DNA from: a bacterium
GTDB taxonomy: Bacteria; Bdellovibrionota_C; UBA2361; CALJRW01
Length of the DNA: 64,000 bases
Reading direction: 5' to 3'
NCBI GenBank assembly: GCA_031385045.1
Contig: JANNBC010000006.1
Coordinates: 43,431 to 107,430, forward strand
In this document: positions 39,200 to 48,510 of the stretch, one piece after another
Numbering within the stretch: the first letter of the stretch is position 1
Layout: each line of letters starts with the position of its first letter
Notes under the pieces: model-generated
Databases searched by the model: none
Seen by the model: the letters and a program-made list of their open reading frames with translations, nothing else
What the model was told of the DNA's origin: nothing
Translations under genes and position numbers: made by a program

Positions 39200-40144
39200 A
39201 TGAATCGTAACCTCTTAGTTTTCTCAGGACGTTCTTCCCAGTCCTTCACTTCCAAAATTACAAAAATATTGAATGTCGAACTTGGTAAACTAGAAGTTAC
39301 CCGTTTTAGCGATGGAGAACTTTCCGTTGATATCGGTGATAACGTTCGAGGTCGGGACGTTTTTATTGTACAAAGCACCTGCAATCCCGTTAATGATAAT
39401 TTGATGGAATTACTAATTGTGATGGATGCACTTAAGCGTGCCTCAGCATCACGAATTACAGCAGTAGTACCATACTTTGGATATGCTAGGCAGGATCGCA
39501 AGCTTAAACCGCGTGTTCCAATTACAGCCAAGCTTGTTGCTGATATCTTAACAACGGCTGGAGCACACAGGATGCTCACAATTGATTTGCATTCTGGCCA
39601 AATTATGGGATTTTTTAATTCGCCTGTTGATAACTTGAATGCACTTCCAGTTATTCTCCCGTATGTAAAAAATAAATATAAAAAGGAAAATATTGCCATT
39701 GTTTCTCCTGATGCTGGGGGAGTAGAACGTGCTCGAGAATTCTCAAAAAGATGGTCAGAATCTAGCTTAGCAATTATTGATAAGCGCCGACCTGAGCCAG
39801 GCAAGATCGCTGAGATGAGAGTTGTCGGTGATGTTAAAGATCGTTGCTGCATTATTGTGGATGATATGATCGATACTGCGGGAACTTTAGTAAAAGCAGC
39901 TGAGGTTCTAAAGAAAGCTGGAGCATCAAAGGTGATCGCCTGCTGTACTCATGCGGTGCTATCAGGAAGTGCCATGGAAAGAATTAACGAAGCCGAAATT
40001 GAAGAAGTAATCATTACTGATACAATTCCACTTAAACATATTGAAGTAAGCCCTAAGATTACTGTTCTATCAGTTAGTTCTCTCTTTGCAGAAGCAATTA
40101 GAAGGATCCATAAAGAGGATTCTATTAGTAGCCTCTTTAGCTAA
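39200..40144 (+). CDS. prs: Ribose-phosphate pyrophosphokinase
   Basis: FSDGE, PYFGYARQDRK, DLHS.QI.GFF, SPDAGG, VDDMIDTAGT. Confidence 0.97.
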   Translation: MNRNLLVFSGRSSQSFTSKITKILNVELGKLEVTRFSDGELSVDIGDNVRGRDVFIVQSTCNPVNDNLMELLIVMDALKRASASRITAVVPYFGYARQDRKLKPRVPITAKLVADILTTAGAHRMLTIDLHSGQIMGFFNSPVDNLNALPVILPYVKNKYKKENIAIVSPDAGGVERAREFSKRWSESSLAIIDKRRPEPGKIAEMRVVGDVKDRCCIIVDDMIDTAGTLVKAAEVLKKAGASKVIACCTHAVLSGSAMERINEAEIEEVIITDTIPLKHIEVSPKITVLSVSSLFAEAIRRIHKEDSISSLFS

Positions 40145-40189
40145 TTTTTATATTAACTAGATCCATTCTCGCATTCTTCTTGTTAGTAT

Positions 40190-41272
40190 TTATTTAAATT
40201 GATAATTACTAATTTTTCGATCTTGAATAATCTTTAGTTGAGCTGGTGATTTTATTTCCATACCACTTTCGCTTGTCTCACTGAAAGAATACTCTCCAGC
40301 GACACCAGGGCTAGGTTGGATATTTTTGATCTTATTAATAATTTCCTCGGCAGTTAGATTCTTTGTTTGATTAAAGAGCTCGGCAATTAATAGGGCATTA
40401 TCATATCCAACCCCAGCAAATCCAATCTGCAGATCGTTTTGAAAATTTTCAATATATAACTTTCGAAAGTCGTCAGTCACAGCAATCGAAGAAAAAATAG
40501 CCCCGTTAATTAAATCGCTAGACTGGTTAACTTCATTTTGACTATCAAAAAAATCAGTCCCAAAAGTTGGAATCTTAAAATTTTGATTACTAGCTTGATT
40601 ATAAAACTGGGCAATTTGACCTGAGATCAAAAATATCCCCAAAGAGTCAATTTCTTTGCTTTGAACTTTGGTAATAATACTCTTAAAATCATTGGAATCT
40701 AAAGGAACAACTTCTGTATATGAGATAATCTTCGGATCTAATTCAGCGATAATTGAATTGAAATAGGTCAGCTCGTTTTTTAGAATTCCAATTTTAGAAA
40801 TATTATTTTGATCAAAATATTTTTGTAAATGAAAAGCAAAATCCTTACTGCTTGGCATGGAACGAATTGAAAAATTTTTATTTCTTACTATCTGAGTATC
40901 AACCGTTGTCACAATATTTGGGATATGCTGTTTTTCTGCTAGGGGAATTACAGCTTCATTGGGCCCAGTGCCCCAATTATAGATTAAATTAACTTTGTTT
41001 TGATTAACTAATTTTTGAAAGGCAGCGACTGCTTGAGTACCCTGATAAGCAGAATCCTCATAGAACAGTTTGATTTGAGAAAACTTTTCCGGATTAGTTT
41101 TTTTTGCCAGCTCAAATGAGTTTTTAACTGCAACACCGTATTCAGCTAAAGATCCAGAAAGTGGCAAGATTAGTCCAACCTTAAATTCAGCTGGAGTTGT
41201 TAAGTTTCTACCTTCGCTCTGGCAGGAAATAAATACAAAAAGTAGCGTACAAATGATAATTCTATAAAACAT
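40190..41272 (-). CDS. Type I periplasmic binding protein (LivJ-like) lipoprotein; ATG at 41272 preferred
   Basis: Lipobox-like FISC, KVGLILPLSG..AEYG, YED, GYD, GVAG. Confidence 0.8.
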   Translation of the reverse strand: MFYRIIICTLLFVFISCQSEGRNLTTPAEFKVGLILPLSGSLAEYGVAVKNSFELAKKTNPEKFSQIKLFYEDSAYQGTQAVAAFQKLVNQNKVNLIYNWGTGPNEAVIPLAEKQHIPNIVTTVDTQIVRNKNFSIRSMPSSKDFAFHLQKYFDQNNISKIGILKNELTYFNSIIAELDPKIISYTEVVPLDSNDFKSIITKVQSKEIDSLGIFLISGQIAQFYNQASNQNFKIPTFGTDFFDSQNEVNQSSDLINGAIFSSIAVTDDFRKLYIENFQNDLQIGFAGVGYDNALLIAELFNQTKNLTAEEIINKIKNIQPSPGVAGEYSFSETSESGMEIKSPAQLKIIQDRKISNYQFK

Positions 41273-41641
41273 AGGATACTTAATAATCAATTAAGTATCC
41301 TATATTACATAAGATTTTTACATTTAATAGTGAATTATTAATCTAAATTGCCTACTGCAAAAGATAACTTGTAAGAAAGCATTTGTTAAAAGTTTACAAA
41401 TTCTTTAAAAACATATAAATTACGCACCCTTAGTATTACGTTGGGTATGTTATAGCCATAATATGGTGTGATTAGAAATCAATGAATTGGAAACATGTTT
41501 TCTAGAGTGCTATTTTTGGTTGTTTTTTGCGGTTCAAACTTGGAAAAGTAAACCAAGAATTGCTCTCGCCGTTGACTTAAAAAATGCTCGGCAGATTTTT
41601 GAGTTTACTGTAATTTTTAATGTCTGATTGAAGGAAGTATC

Positions 41642-42310
41642 GTGGAAGAAAAAGTTTTAAATATCGAATCAAGAACTAGTAATGGTTCAGCTGAAAGTCG
41701 TCGTTTACGCCGTACAGGAAAAGTGCCTGTTTCTATTCTTTACCCTGATGCTACAAGCGCTTCTGGTATTGTGATTGAAAAAGATTTTGTTCATTTGGCG
41801 GAAATGTCTAAGTATACAGATATTTTTCATTTTAAATCTGACAACCAAAAATTGAATGGTCAGAAAGTATTAGTAAAAGACTTACAGAAAGAGCCAATTA
41901 AAGGTAATGTATTGCACGTAGATTTCTTGGCGCTTGACGACAAAAAAGCTATTACTGTGAAGGTTCCAGTTTCTTTAGTTGGAACACCTGTTGGAGTTAA
42001 AACTCAAGGTGGTATCTTAACAAAATCTGCTCAGTTTTTATTAGTTTCTTGCTTACCAGCAGTTATTCCTAGTGAAGTTGAAGTTGATGTTACTGAACTC
42101 AAAGTTGGCGATCGTGTTGTTGCCAGTCAATTAACATTAGCTAGTGGCCTAACGCTTAAAAGTAATGAGCGTGAGACTATTGCTTCAGTTGTTGCAAGTA
42201 GAGCTACAAGACTCCAAGAAACTGATGCTAAAGTACCTGAAGTTGCAGGAAAAGCTCCGGCTGGTAAGGCACCTGCTGCGGCACCGGCTAAAGCTCCAGC
42301 TAAGAAATAA
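41642..42310 (+). CDS. rplY: 50S ribosomal protein L25/CTC, long form
   Basis: SRRLRRTGKVP, LHVDF, GVKTQGG, Ala/Lys/Pro tail; prs-rplY-pth context. Confidence 0.92.
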   Translation: MEEKVLNIESRTSNGSAESRRLRRTGKVPVSILYPDATSASGIVIEKDFVHLAEMSKYTDIFHFKSDNQKLNGQKVLVKDLQKEPIKGNVLHVDFLALDDKKAITVKVPVSLVGTPVGVKTQGGILTKSAQFLLVSCLPAVIPSEVEVDVTELKVGDRVVASQLTLASGLTLKSNERETIASVVASRATRLQETDAKVPEVAGKAPAGKAPAAAPAKAPAKK

Positions 42311-42318
42311 AGTTTTAA

Positions 42319-42921
42319 GTGAAAGAAGCCAGCAATAACAAATTTTTGCTTGTTGGCTTAGGAAATCCAGGATCTAGATATCAGTCTACAAGACATAATA
42401 TCGGATTCATGTTTCTTGATTTTTTGTTAAAATCAAAAAGCAAAGATTCTTTCAAGGTTGATCCTCAGTACAATGCTGAGATTGCCAGAGTTAGAATCAA
42501 TGATTGTGATTGTATGTTGGTAAAACCTCTAACATTCATGAACTTGAGTGGTGAAGCGGTTGCTAAAGTGGCAAGGTTTTATAAGATTGCCACTAGTCAA
42601 ATTATTGTTTTTTACGATGATTTAGATTTAGCCTCTGGGAAGCTTCGTCTACGAACGAAAAGCGGAGATGGTGGGCATAATGGGATTAAATCCATTAAAC
42701 AGCATTTGGCAACAAATGATTACATCAATTTTCGCTTTGGCATTGGTCGTCCAGAGAATTCTGGTTTTGAGATCAGTGACTGGGTGCTTAGTAAACTAAG
42801 TAAGTCAGAGCAGGAAACTTTTCAGGAGACTTTTTCTTTAGCGGAAAAGACACTGGGGGATTTGCTGAGTGGTGGTTTGAGCGTAGCTCAGAATAGGCTG
42901 GCTGAGCGTAGCTCAGAATAG
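42319..42921 (+). CDS. pth: Peptidyl-tRNA hydrolase
   Basis: GLGNPG, TRHNIGF, KPLTFMNLSG, DDLD, GGHNG. Confidence 0.96.
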   Translation: MKEASNNKFLLVGLGNPGSRYQSTRHNIGFMFLDFLLKSKSKDSFKVDPQYNAEIARVRINDCDCMLVKPLTFMNLSGEAVAKVARFYKIATSQIIVFYDDLDLASGKLRLRTKSGDGGHNGIKSIKQHLATNDYINFRFGIGRPENSGFEISDWVLSKLSKSEQETFQETFSLAEKTLGDLLSGGLSVAQNRLAERSSE

Positions 42922-42947
42922 ACTAGCCGAGCATAGCTCGGGATAAG
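42878..42947. repeat. 25-bp tandem repeat, about 2.8 copies, each with a small hairpin
   Basis: TGAGCGTAGCTCAGAATAGGCTGGC / TGAGCGTAGCTCAGAATAGACTAGC / CGAGCATAGCTCGGGATAAG starting at 42878, 42903, 42928. Confidence 0.9.
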
Positions 42948-43018
42948 TTTTTAATAGATAGCTTTGGTAATTTACTCCATAGTTATACAAATTGAAGTTA
43001 TAGGTAATTGAGGAAAAT

Positions 43019-43375
43019 ATGAATAAATACGAGACTATTTTGGTAGTAAATCCAAAACTAGATGACGAAGGCTTACAAACACTAGCTGATAAATATCGTA
43101 AGCTTGTTGAAGCTAATGCTGGTCAAGTTGATGAAATTGAAAGCTGGGGCAAGCGTGAGATTGCACAAACTTTAGGAAACGAAGCCTACGGTTATTACTT
43201 AAACTTTAACTATCAGTCGGATAATTCTAAGCTAATTACAATTATCAACCAACAGTTCCGTTTAGATGGTGATATCTTGAAATTTCAAACTCACCGTGTT
43301 GGCGAAGCTACAAAAAAATTCAAAGTGAATCGAAGATTCCAAGCACTTGGTGATGACTACACAATTGGTGGTTAA
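43019..43375 (+). CDS. rpsF: 30S ribosomal protein S6
   Basis: MNKYETILVVNP, WGKR, GYY; position after pth. Confidence 0.9.
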   Translation: MNKYETILVVNPKLDDEGLQTLADKYRKLVEANAGQVDEIESWGKREIAQTLGNEAYGYYLNFNYQSDNSKLITIINQQFRLDGDILKFQTHRVGEATKKFKVNRRFQALGDDYTIGG

Positions 43376-43413
43376 TTTTTGTAGATACAAAAAGATATTT
43401 TAAGGAGAATAAA

Positions 43414-43929
43414 ATGGAAGTTATTTTAGAGAGAGATTATCCACAACTAGGGTTTGTTGGAGATCGAGTACAAATCAGTCGAGGCTTTGGCCGTAACTAT
43501 TTAATCCCTCAAGGGATTGCAGTAGAAGTTAATGCTCGTAATGAAAAGTTTCTTAAGAATAAAATGCAAGCAATTGCAACTCAACGTGCTAAATTAAAAG
43601 CTGACGCACAAGCATTAGCTGATAAAATGAAATCTGAAACTTGGGAATTTACATTAAAAGTAGGTTCAAAAGGAAAGAGCTTTGGTTCAGTTTCTGCTAA
43701 GGATGTCTATGAGCTGGTAATTGCTCGTGGTTATGAAGTCGACAAAAAGCAAGTTTTATTAACTGATGCAGTTCGTTCTTCTGGTGATTATAAGTTTTCA
43801 GTTAAACTTCACTCTGAAGTTACGGCAGTTGTCCCTTTGAAAGTTCTAGCTGATATCACAGCAAAATCTCAAAAAGCGGAAAAGAATGATGCTGAGTCCG
43901 AGACTCAAACTGACTCAACAGAAGAGTAA
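43414..43929 (+). CDS. rplI: 50S ribosomal protein L9
   Basis: MEVIL..LG, GFGRNYLIPQG, FGSV, LHSEV. Confidence 0.95.
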   Translation: MEVILERDYPQLGFVGDRVQISRGFGRNYLIPQGIAVEVNARNEKFLKNKMQAIATQRAKLKADAQALADKMKSETWEFTLKVGSKGKSFGSVSAKDVYELVIARGYEVDKKQVLLTDAVRSSGDYKFSVKLHSEVTAVVPLKVLADITAKSQKAEKNDAESETQTDSTEE

Positions 43930-43940
43930 GAGACAAAACT

Positions 43941-44047
43941 CTGAGCTATTCATGTTTGGATTATTCTAAATATGAATAGCTACAGATGATATTAACAATG
44001 AGTCCTAATAAAAATTCTGAGGTCTAAAGAATGTTTTTGGGACTCAT
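43941..44047. repeat. Structured intergenic repeat, diverged copy (hairpin B, linker, hairpin A')
   Basis: AGCTATTCATGTTTGGA/TCTAAATATGAATAGCT stem and ATGAGTCC..GGACTCAT stem; both align with copies at 20.5 and 29.7 kb. Confidence 0.7.
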
Positions 44048-44112
44048 CAAAGACTTAGTTTAGATAAGCTAAGAAATATTTCCTAGTTAAATTCCCATTC
44101 ACTGCTACCGAT

Positions 44113-44880
44113 ATGAAGAAGTGGCTAGTTCTATTAACACTAATTGCCTCAATTGGAACTGCATTTCTTTTTAAAGATTCAATTAACCGTCAAGCGCCAG
44201 CATTAGTTTCTAGTCCCAAACACATCTTTAGTGAATTTCAAAACTTCAAACTTGGGCAAGGTATTGACTATCAGGATCGACCAGAATTTAATCCCGAAAT
44301 TGATCAGAATTTTGGGATACTAATTTGGTTAAAATTTAAAGCAATAACGAATATCGATCAAAGAATTTTTATTCTTCGGAAATATAAGGGCGAATCAGAT
44401 ACTGGTTATGCTTTAGCATTTAATCAATTCAATGATGGATTTTATCCGCAAGTCTTTTGGCCCACAAAGGCTGATAGTAATTGGTTAACTTTTCAAAAAT
44501 TCAAACCTGTACAAAATCGTTGGTATGGATTCTTACTAACATTCACTGATAATAAATATTTAGGTCTACAAATCCTAAAACCAAATAAGGCTCGTCCCGG
44601 AATTACTCTTGAAAATCTTGGTGGGTATATCTTAAAAGACTCTCTGCCCGTTAATTCAGCTAAATTAGAGATTGGTTCAATTGGAACGCATATCTTTAAT
44701 GGTTCCATCGCTAAAATTTCGTTCTTTAAATCACCAACCAAAGATTTTAAATTAATTGATTTAATTGATGCTTTGAAAACATCATCCCCAGCAACATCCT
44801 TAAAAGATTATCATAGTTTTGATATTGAATTAAAAAGCCTCTCCAAGAAAAAAAAGCGCTCTAATCCTTTGATCCAATAA
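44113..44880 (+). CDS. Exported protein, probable LamG/concanavalin-like fold
   Basis: N-terminal hydrophobic segment; F.I..W.K, NRWY, LEIG, FNGSI pattern. Confidence 0.55.
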   Translation: MKKWLVLLTLIASIGTAFLFKDSINRQAPALVSSPKHIFSEFQNFKLGQGIDYQDRPEFNPEIDQNFGILIWLKFKAITNIDQRIFILRKYKGESDTGYALAFNQFNDGFYPQVFWPTKADSNWLTFQKFKPVQNRWYGFLLTFTDNKYLGLQILKPNKARPGITLENLGGYILKDSLPVNSAKLEIGSIGTHIFNGSIAKISFFKSPTKDFKLIDLIDALKTSSPATSLKDYHSFDIELKSLSKKKKRSNPLIQ

Positions 44881-44981
44881 ATTTAGAATGAGATGAGACG
44901 CTCAAAAATACAATGTGGTTTAAAGAAGGATTCTCTCCTAGAATATAAGAGTATTCTTTTCTTTCCAGACAACACGGCAAA

Positions 44982-46766
44982 TTGCTCTATTCTTCAAATG
45001 CTATGGTAATTATTACATTACTTTTTTTATCCCTGAGCTTTGCACTTCAACTAAAGCTGTTAACTTTTACGATCGCCTTTTTTGTAATTATCCTTTTAAG
45101 GTTTCAACCTAGATTAATTCTACCTGCACTCATAATAAATGGGGCGATCTTAGGCAATCATTTTCAAATCTTTGTTTTTAGCCTTTTTTTAATAGGCCAA
45201 ATTTATCAAAAGAAACTAGAGGTGGAGCGGCTAGGAAGATTTAAGTATTTTTTAATTCTACTGTTTGGCTGGTTAAGTGTTGAGTTCTACCAACAGTTCC
45301 AACTTTCTTCCCTAATTAATTACTGGAAGATATACGGATTTGTTAATTACTCGGGATATTTCAATTCAGAACTTAGTCATTTTATTCAATCATTAAAAAT
45401 TTTTGCCAATCTATTTCTAATAATTATAAGTTTTGAGTACTTTAAAAACTTTAAAGTAGGAGATTTTAAAAATGGGATGCTTCTTGGAATAGGATGCTCT
45501 CAGGTCTTAACGATCTATCAAATTTTCTTCAATCCAATTTTTTTAAACAACCAAAGCAGTTTTTGGGACATGCAACAACGCTATCCTAGCACTTTTAGTG
45601 ATCCAAATGCCTTTGGTATTTGCTCTTTTTTCTTAATTGGGTTTCTTATTGCTTTTATTTCCGAGCGAAAATTTGATTATAAAATCTTTTTACTAGTTAG
45701 TATTCAATTTATATTAACACTATATTCGGGCTCTAGGACATTCTTATTGGCAATGGTTGTTTCCTTAGCTTGTTGGAGTTACCTAAAAAATAAGCGATAT
45801 TTTTTAATTGGCACCAGCGCAGTATTCCTACTAGTACTATTAATCAATCTAGGATTTTTTATAGCTAATCCAGACATTGACTCACAACTACCTTTTTTAC
45901 CTGCTGGCTTAAATCGTTTAGTTTCCAGCTTGAGGATTGATAATTTGAGTCAAACTTTTTTTTCTAGACAAGTTTTTAACCAATTAAATCTGTTAATTTT
46001 TAAAGACTATCCAATCTTTGGAGTCGGTTTAAATCAATTCGATCAAACATTACCACTCTATAAAGATTTCTTAACTAAGAGCATTGGTAGTTGGGTCGAT
46101 AATAATAATAATTTCTATTTTGGACTTTTAACTGAACTTGGCCTGGTCGGCTTTCTTACTTTTATTTGGGGTTGCTCTAGCTTTTGTTATAAGCAAACAG
46201 CAAATAAATTATTAGCAATCTTTTTTTTCGTTTTTTTGAGCTTACTATTTCTAGGGCCACACTTTTACTTTACTGAAGTCAGTTTATTATTTGGATTATT
46301 ACTAAGTCAGATAGTTACTAGAAATAAATTTAATGAAAAAGCAGTACCTCCTTTCTATAAATTATTAATTATAGGAATACTGTTTATTGGTATTTGGAAT
46401 AATTCTCGCTATCGTTCTATAGGAACGTATGCTTTAGAAAAGGATTTAACTGAGGAATATTATTGGTCTAAACAAGAATCGAATTTGTTTCTTGATTGTA
46501 GCAAGTTTCAAGGTCTGCAATTAAAAGAGGTTTCAGACAGCTCGCAAATCACAGAATTAAAAATCTATCGTTTTTCTGAAATTCCTTTCTTCCCTTTAAC
46601 CTCAAGTAGCCAAGACTTAATTAGTGGTCAATTTGAGTGCCCAAATAAGCTCAACAAGTATAAGATCTTTTTTAGGCTATCTGGAACCTGGCAACCAAAT
46701 TTAGTCCTAAAAAACTCCTTAGATCCGCGATTCTTAGGGCTAAAAATTATTCCTAAAGCTTATTGA
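44982..46766 (+). CDS. O-antigen ligase (WaaL/Wzy_C)-like membrane protein; exact start uncertain
   Basis: R..STFSDPNAFG, SGSRT, PIFGVGLNQF, ELGLVG; many TMs. Confidence 0.8.
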   Translation: MLYSSNAMVIITLLFLSLSFALQLKLLTFTIAFFVIILLRFQPRLILPALIINGAILGNHFQIFVFSLFLIGQIYQKKLEVERLGRFKYFLILLFGWLSVEFYQQFQLSSLINYWKIYGFVNYSGYFNSELSHFIQSLKIFANLFLIIISFEYFKNFKVGDFKNGMLLGIGCSQVLTIYQIFFNPIFLNNQSSFWDMQQRYPSTFSDPNAFGICSFFLIGFLIAFISERKFDYKIFLLVSIQFILTLYSGSRTFLLAMVVSLACWSYLKNKRYFLIGTSAVFLLVLLINLGFFIANPDIDSQLPFLPAGLNRLVSSLRIDNLSQTFFSRQVFNQLNLLIFKDYPIFGVGLNQFDQTLPLYKDFLTKSIGSWVDNNNNFYFGLLTELGLVGFLTFIWGCSSFCYKQTANKLLAIFFFVFLSLLFLGPHFYFTEVSLLFGLLLSQIVTRNKFNEKAVPPFYKLLIIGILFIGIWNNSRYRSIGTYALEKDLTEEYYWSKQESNLFLDCSKFQGLQLKEVSDSSQITELKIYRFSEIPFFPLTSSSQDLISGQFECPNKLNKYKIFFRLSGTWQPNLVLKNSLDPRFLGLKIIPKAY

Positions 46767-46792
46767 CTTAATCAGTAGCTCTCTAGTATCAT
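46763..46792 (+). promoter_or_regulatory. Putative sigma70 promoter of the pyr operon
   Basis: TTGACT-18 nt-TATCAT directly before the PyrR-binding hairpin. Confidence 0.5.
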
Positions 46793-46799
46793 CGATATG

Positions 46800-46830
46800 C
46801 CTTTAAGGAGTGCCTGTGAGTTCTCCAAGG
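46800..46830 (+). promoter_or_regulatory. PyrR-binding RNA stem-loop
   Basis: CCTTTAA-GGAG-TGCCTGTGAGTT-CTCC-AAGG: CCUUUAA bulged stem and CNGNGA loop of PyrR sites, just upstream of pyrR. Confidence 0.78.
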
Positions 46831-46946
46831 AAACGAAACCTTTCTTTTGTCAGACAAATCAATTGTTTGCTTCCTTGTGTCTACCGCCAGCTTTCCTATC
46901 GTGCATTTTTCTATGTTAATTTATCTATGTTTTTTAAGGTGTACAC

Positions 46947-47528
46947 ATGTCCGAGCAAAAAAAGACGATTCCTAAGGATTGGATCAAACTAATCGATGCT
47001 GAAATAATTAAAAAATGTATTACTCGAATTTCCTATGAAATCTTAGAGAAGGGGATTCCACTAGACCGCCTAGCAATTGTTGGTATTCATACTGGGGGAG
47101 AATATATCGCTCGTAGAATTCACCAATCGATTCAAGAAATTGAAAATCGTGAGATTAACCTAGGAGTGATTGATATAACTCTTTATCGGGATGATTTAAG
47201 TCATGCTTCTGCTCACCCCGTAATTAAAGCCACTGACCTACCATTTAATGTCGATGATTCTCATATCATTCTCGTCGACGATGTCTTTTATACTGGAAGA
47301 ACCATTCGTGCTGCTCTGGATGCAATTATAGATTTTGGTCGTCCAGACTGCATTGAGCTTGCGGTCTTAATGGATCGTGGCCATCGTGAGCTTCCGATTC
47401 GCGCTGATTATGTTGGGAAAAATATTCCAACGAAGCGAAATGAATTTGTCAGAGTAAGACTAGAGGAACTAGGTTACGAAGATGCTGTCTACTTAATTTC
47501 TGCTGAACATAATCGTGATAACAAATAA
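46947..47528 (+). CDS. pyrR: Bifunctional pyr operon regulator / uracil phosphoribosyltransferase
   Basis: RISYEILE, DITLYRDDL, VDDVFYTGRT, DRGHRELPIRADYVGKN. Confidence 0.97.
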   Translation: MSEQKKTIPKDWIKLIDAEIIKKCITRISYEILEKGIPLDRLAIVGIHTGGEYIARRIHQSIQEIENREINLGVIDITLYRDDLSHASAHPVIKATDLPFNVDDSHIILVDDVFYTGRTIRAALDAIIDFGRPDCIELAVLMDRGHRELPIRADYVGKNIPTKRNEFVRVRLEELGYEDAVYLISAEHNRDNK

Positions 47529-48498
47529 AAAAAATCCGACACATTTACTTGGGCTGGAATATATTACAGCTGATGATTTTTTTAAGATAATTAATAATTC
47601 ATTAGCTTTAGCAGAGATTTCTTCCCGAGATATTAAGAAGACACCAGCTCTTCGTGGCAAAACTATTATTAATTTTTTCTGTGAGCCAAGTACTAGAACT
47701 CGCACTAGTTTTGAAATTGCCGGTAAGTGGCTTTCTGCTGATACTATTAATGTCACTGCGGCTGATAGCTCATTTAAAAAGGGGGAATCCTTCGTTGATA
47801 CAATTCGAACCTTACAGGCGATGCATCCCGATGCTATTGTTGTGCGTCATCAAGATGGTGGAATTCCCAATTTGATGGCCAAACATTTAAAGAATGTCGC
47901 TATTCTAAATGCTGGTGATGGAACACATGAACATCCGACTCAAGCCCTATTAGATTGTGTTAGTTTAATCCAACATTATGGCCAAGGTATTGAGGGAATT
48001 AAGAATAAAACAATTGCTATTGTTGGTGATGTCTTACATTCTCGCGTTGTGCGTAGCAATCTTTGGGCGCACTATTTTTTAGGAAATAAAGTCCGACTTG
48101 TCGGGCCTAGCACTCTTGTGCCAAAAGAATTTGAAGATCTAACACCTGGGGATGTGTCTGTGCATCATGATTTAAAAACAGGAGTAAGTGGGGCAGATAT
48201 TGTCATGTGCTTGCGTCTGCAATTAGAACGACAAAATAATTTCTTTATCCCTAACTCCCAAGAATATACTAATGAATATTTTGTAAGCAGAAAATTATTA
48301 AATCAATATGCCAATCCTAATTATGTAGTAATGCATCCTGGGCCAATTAATCGTGGTATCGAAGTAGAAACCGACTTAATTGATTCTCATTCCTCATTAG
48401 TAGAAAGTCAAATTTCTGCAGGCTTAGCAGTTAGAATGGCTTGCTTAATTCGCTCGTGCATAGGAGAAGATACTAATAATGCTAAGCACTTTTTGTAA
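47515..48498 (+). CDS. pyrB: Aspartate carbamoyltransferase
   Basis: EPSTRTRTSF, HEHPTQALLD, HSRV, RLQLER, HPGP. Confidence 0.96.
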   Translation: MITNKKNPTHLLGLEYITADDFFKIINNSLALAEISSRDIKKTPALRGKTIINFFCEPSTRTRTSFEIAGKWLSADTINVTAADSSFKKGESFVDTIRTLQAMHPDAIVVRHQDGGIPNLMAKHLKNVAILNAGDGTHEHPTQALLDCVSLIQHYGQGIEGIKNKTIAIVGDVLHSRVVRSNLWAHYFLGNKVRLVGPSTLVPKEFEDLTPGDVSVHHDLKTGVSGADIVMCLRLQLERQNNFFIPNSQEYTNEYFVSRKLLNQYANPNYVVMHPGPINRGIEVETDLIDSHSSLVESQISAGLAVRMACLIRSCIGEDTNNAKHFL

Positions 48499-48510
48499 TA
48501 GATTATAAGC

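Noticed and set aside
39181..39852. 223-aa minus-strand ORF
   Set aside because: Antisense shadow of the highly conserved prs gene.
42878..42947. Possible mini-CRISPR array
   Set aside because: The 25-bp period leaves no room for unique spacers, the intervening bases are near-identical and no cas genes are present.
46810..46992. 60-aa ORF as a leader peptide
   Set aside because: It overlaps the PyrR RNA site and the pyrR start; PyrR control needs no leader peptide and nothing else supports it.
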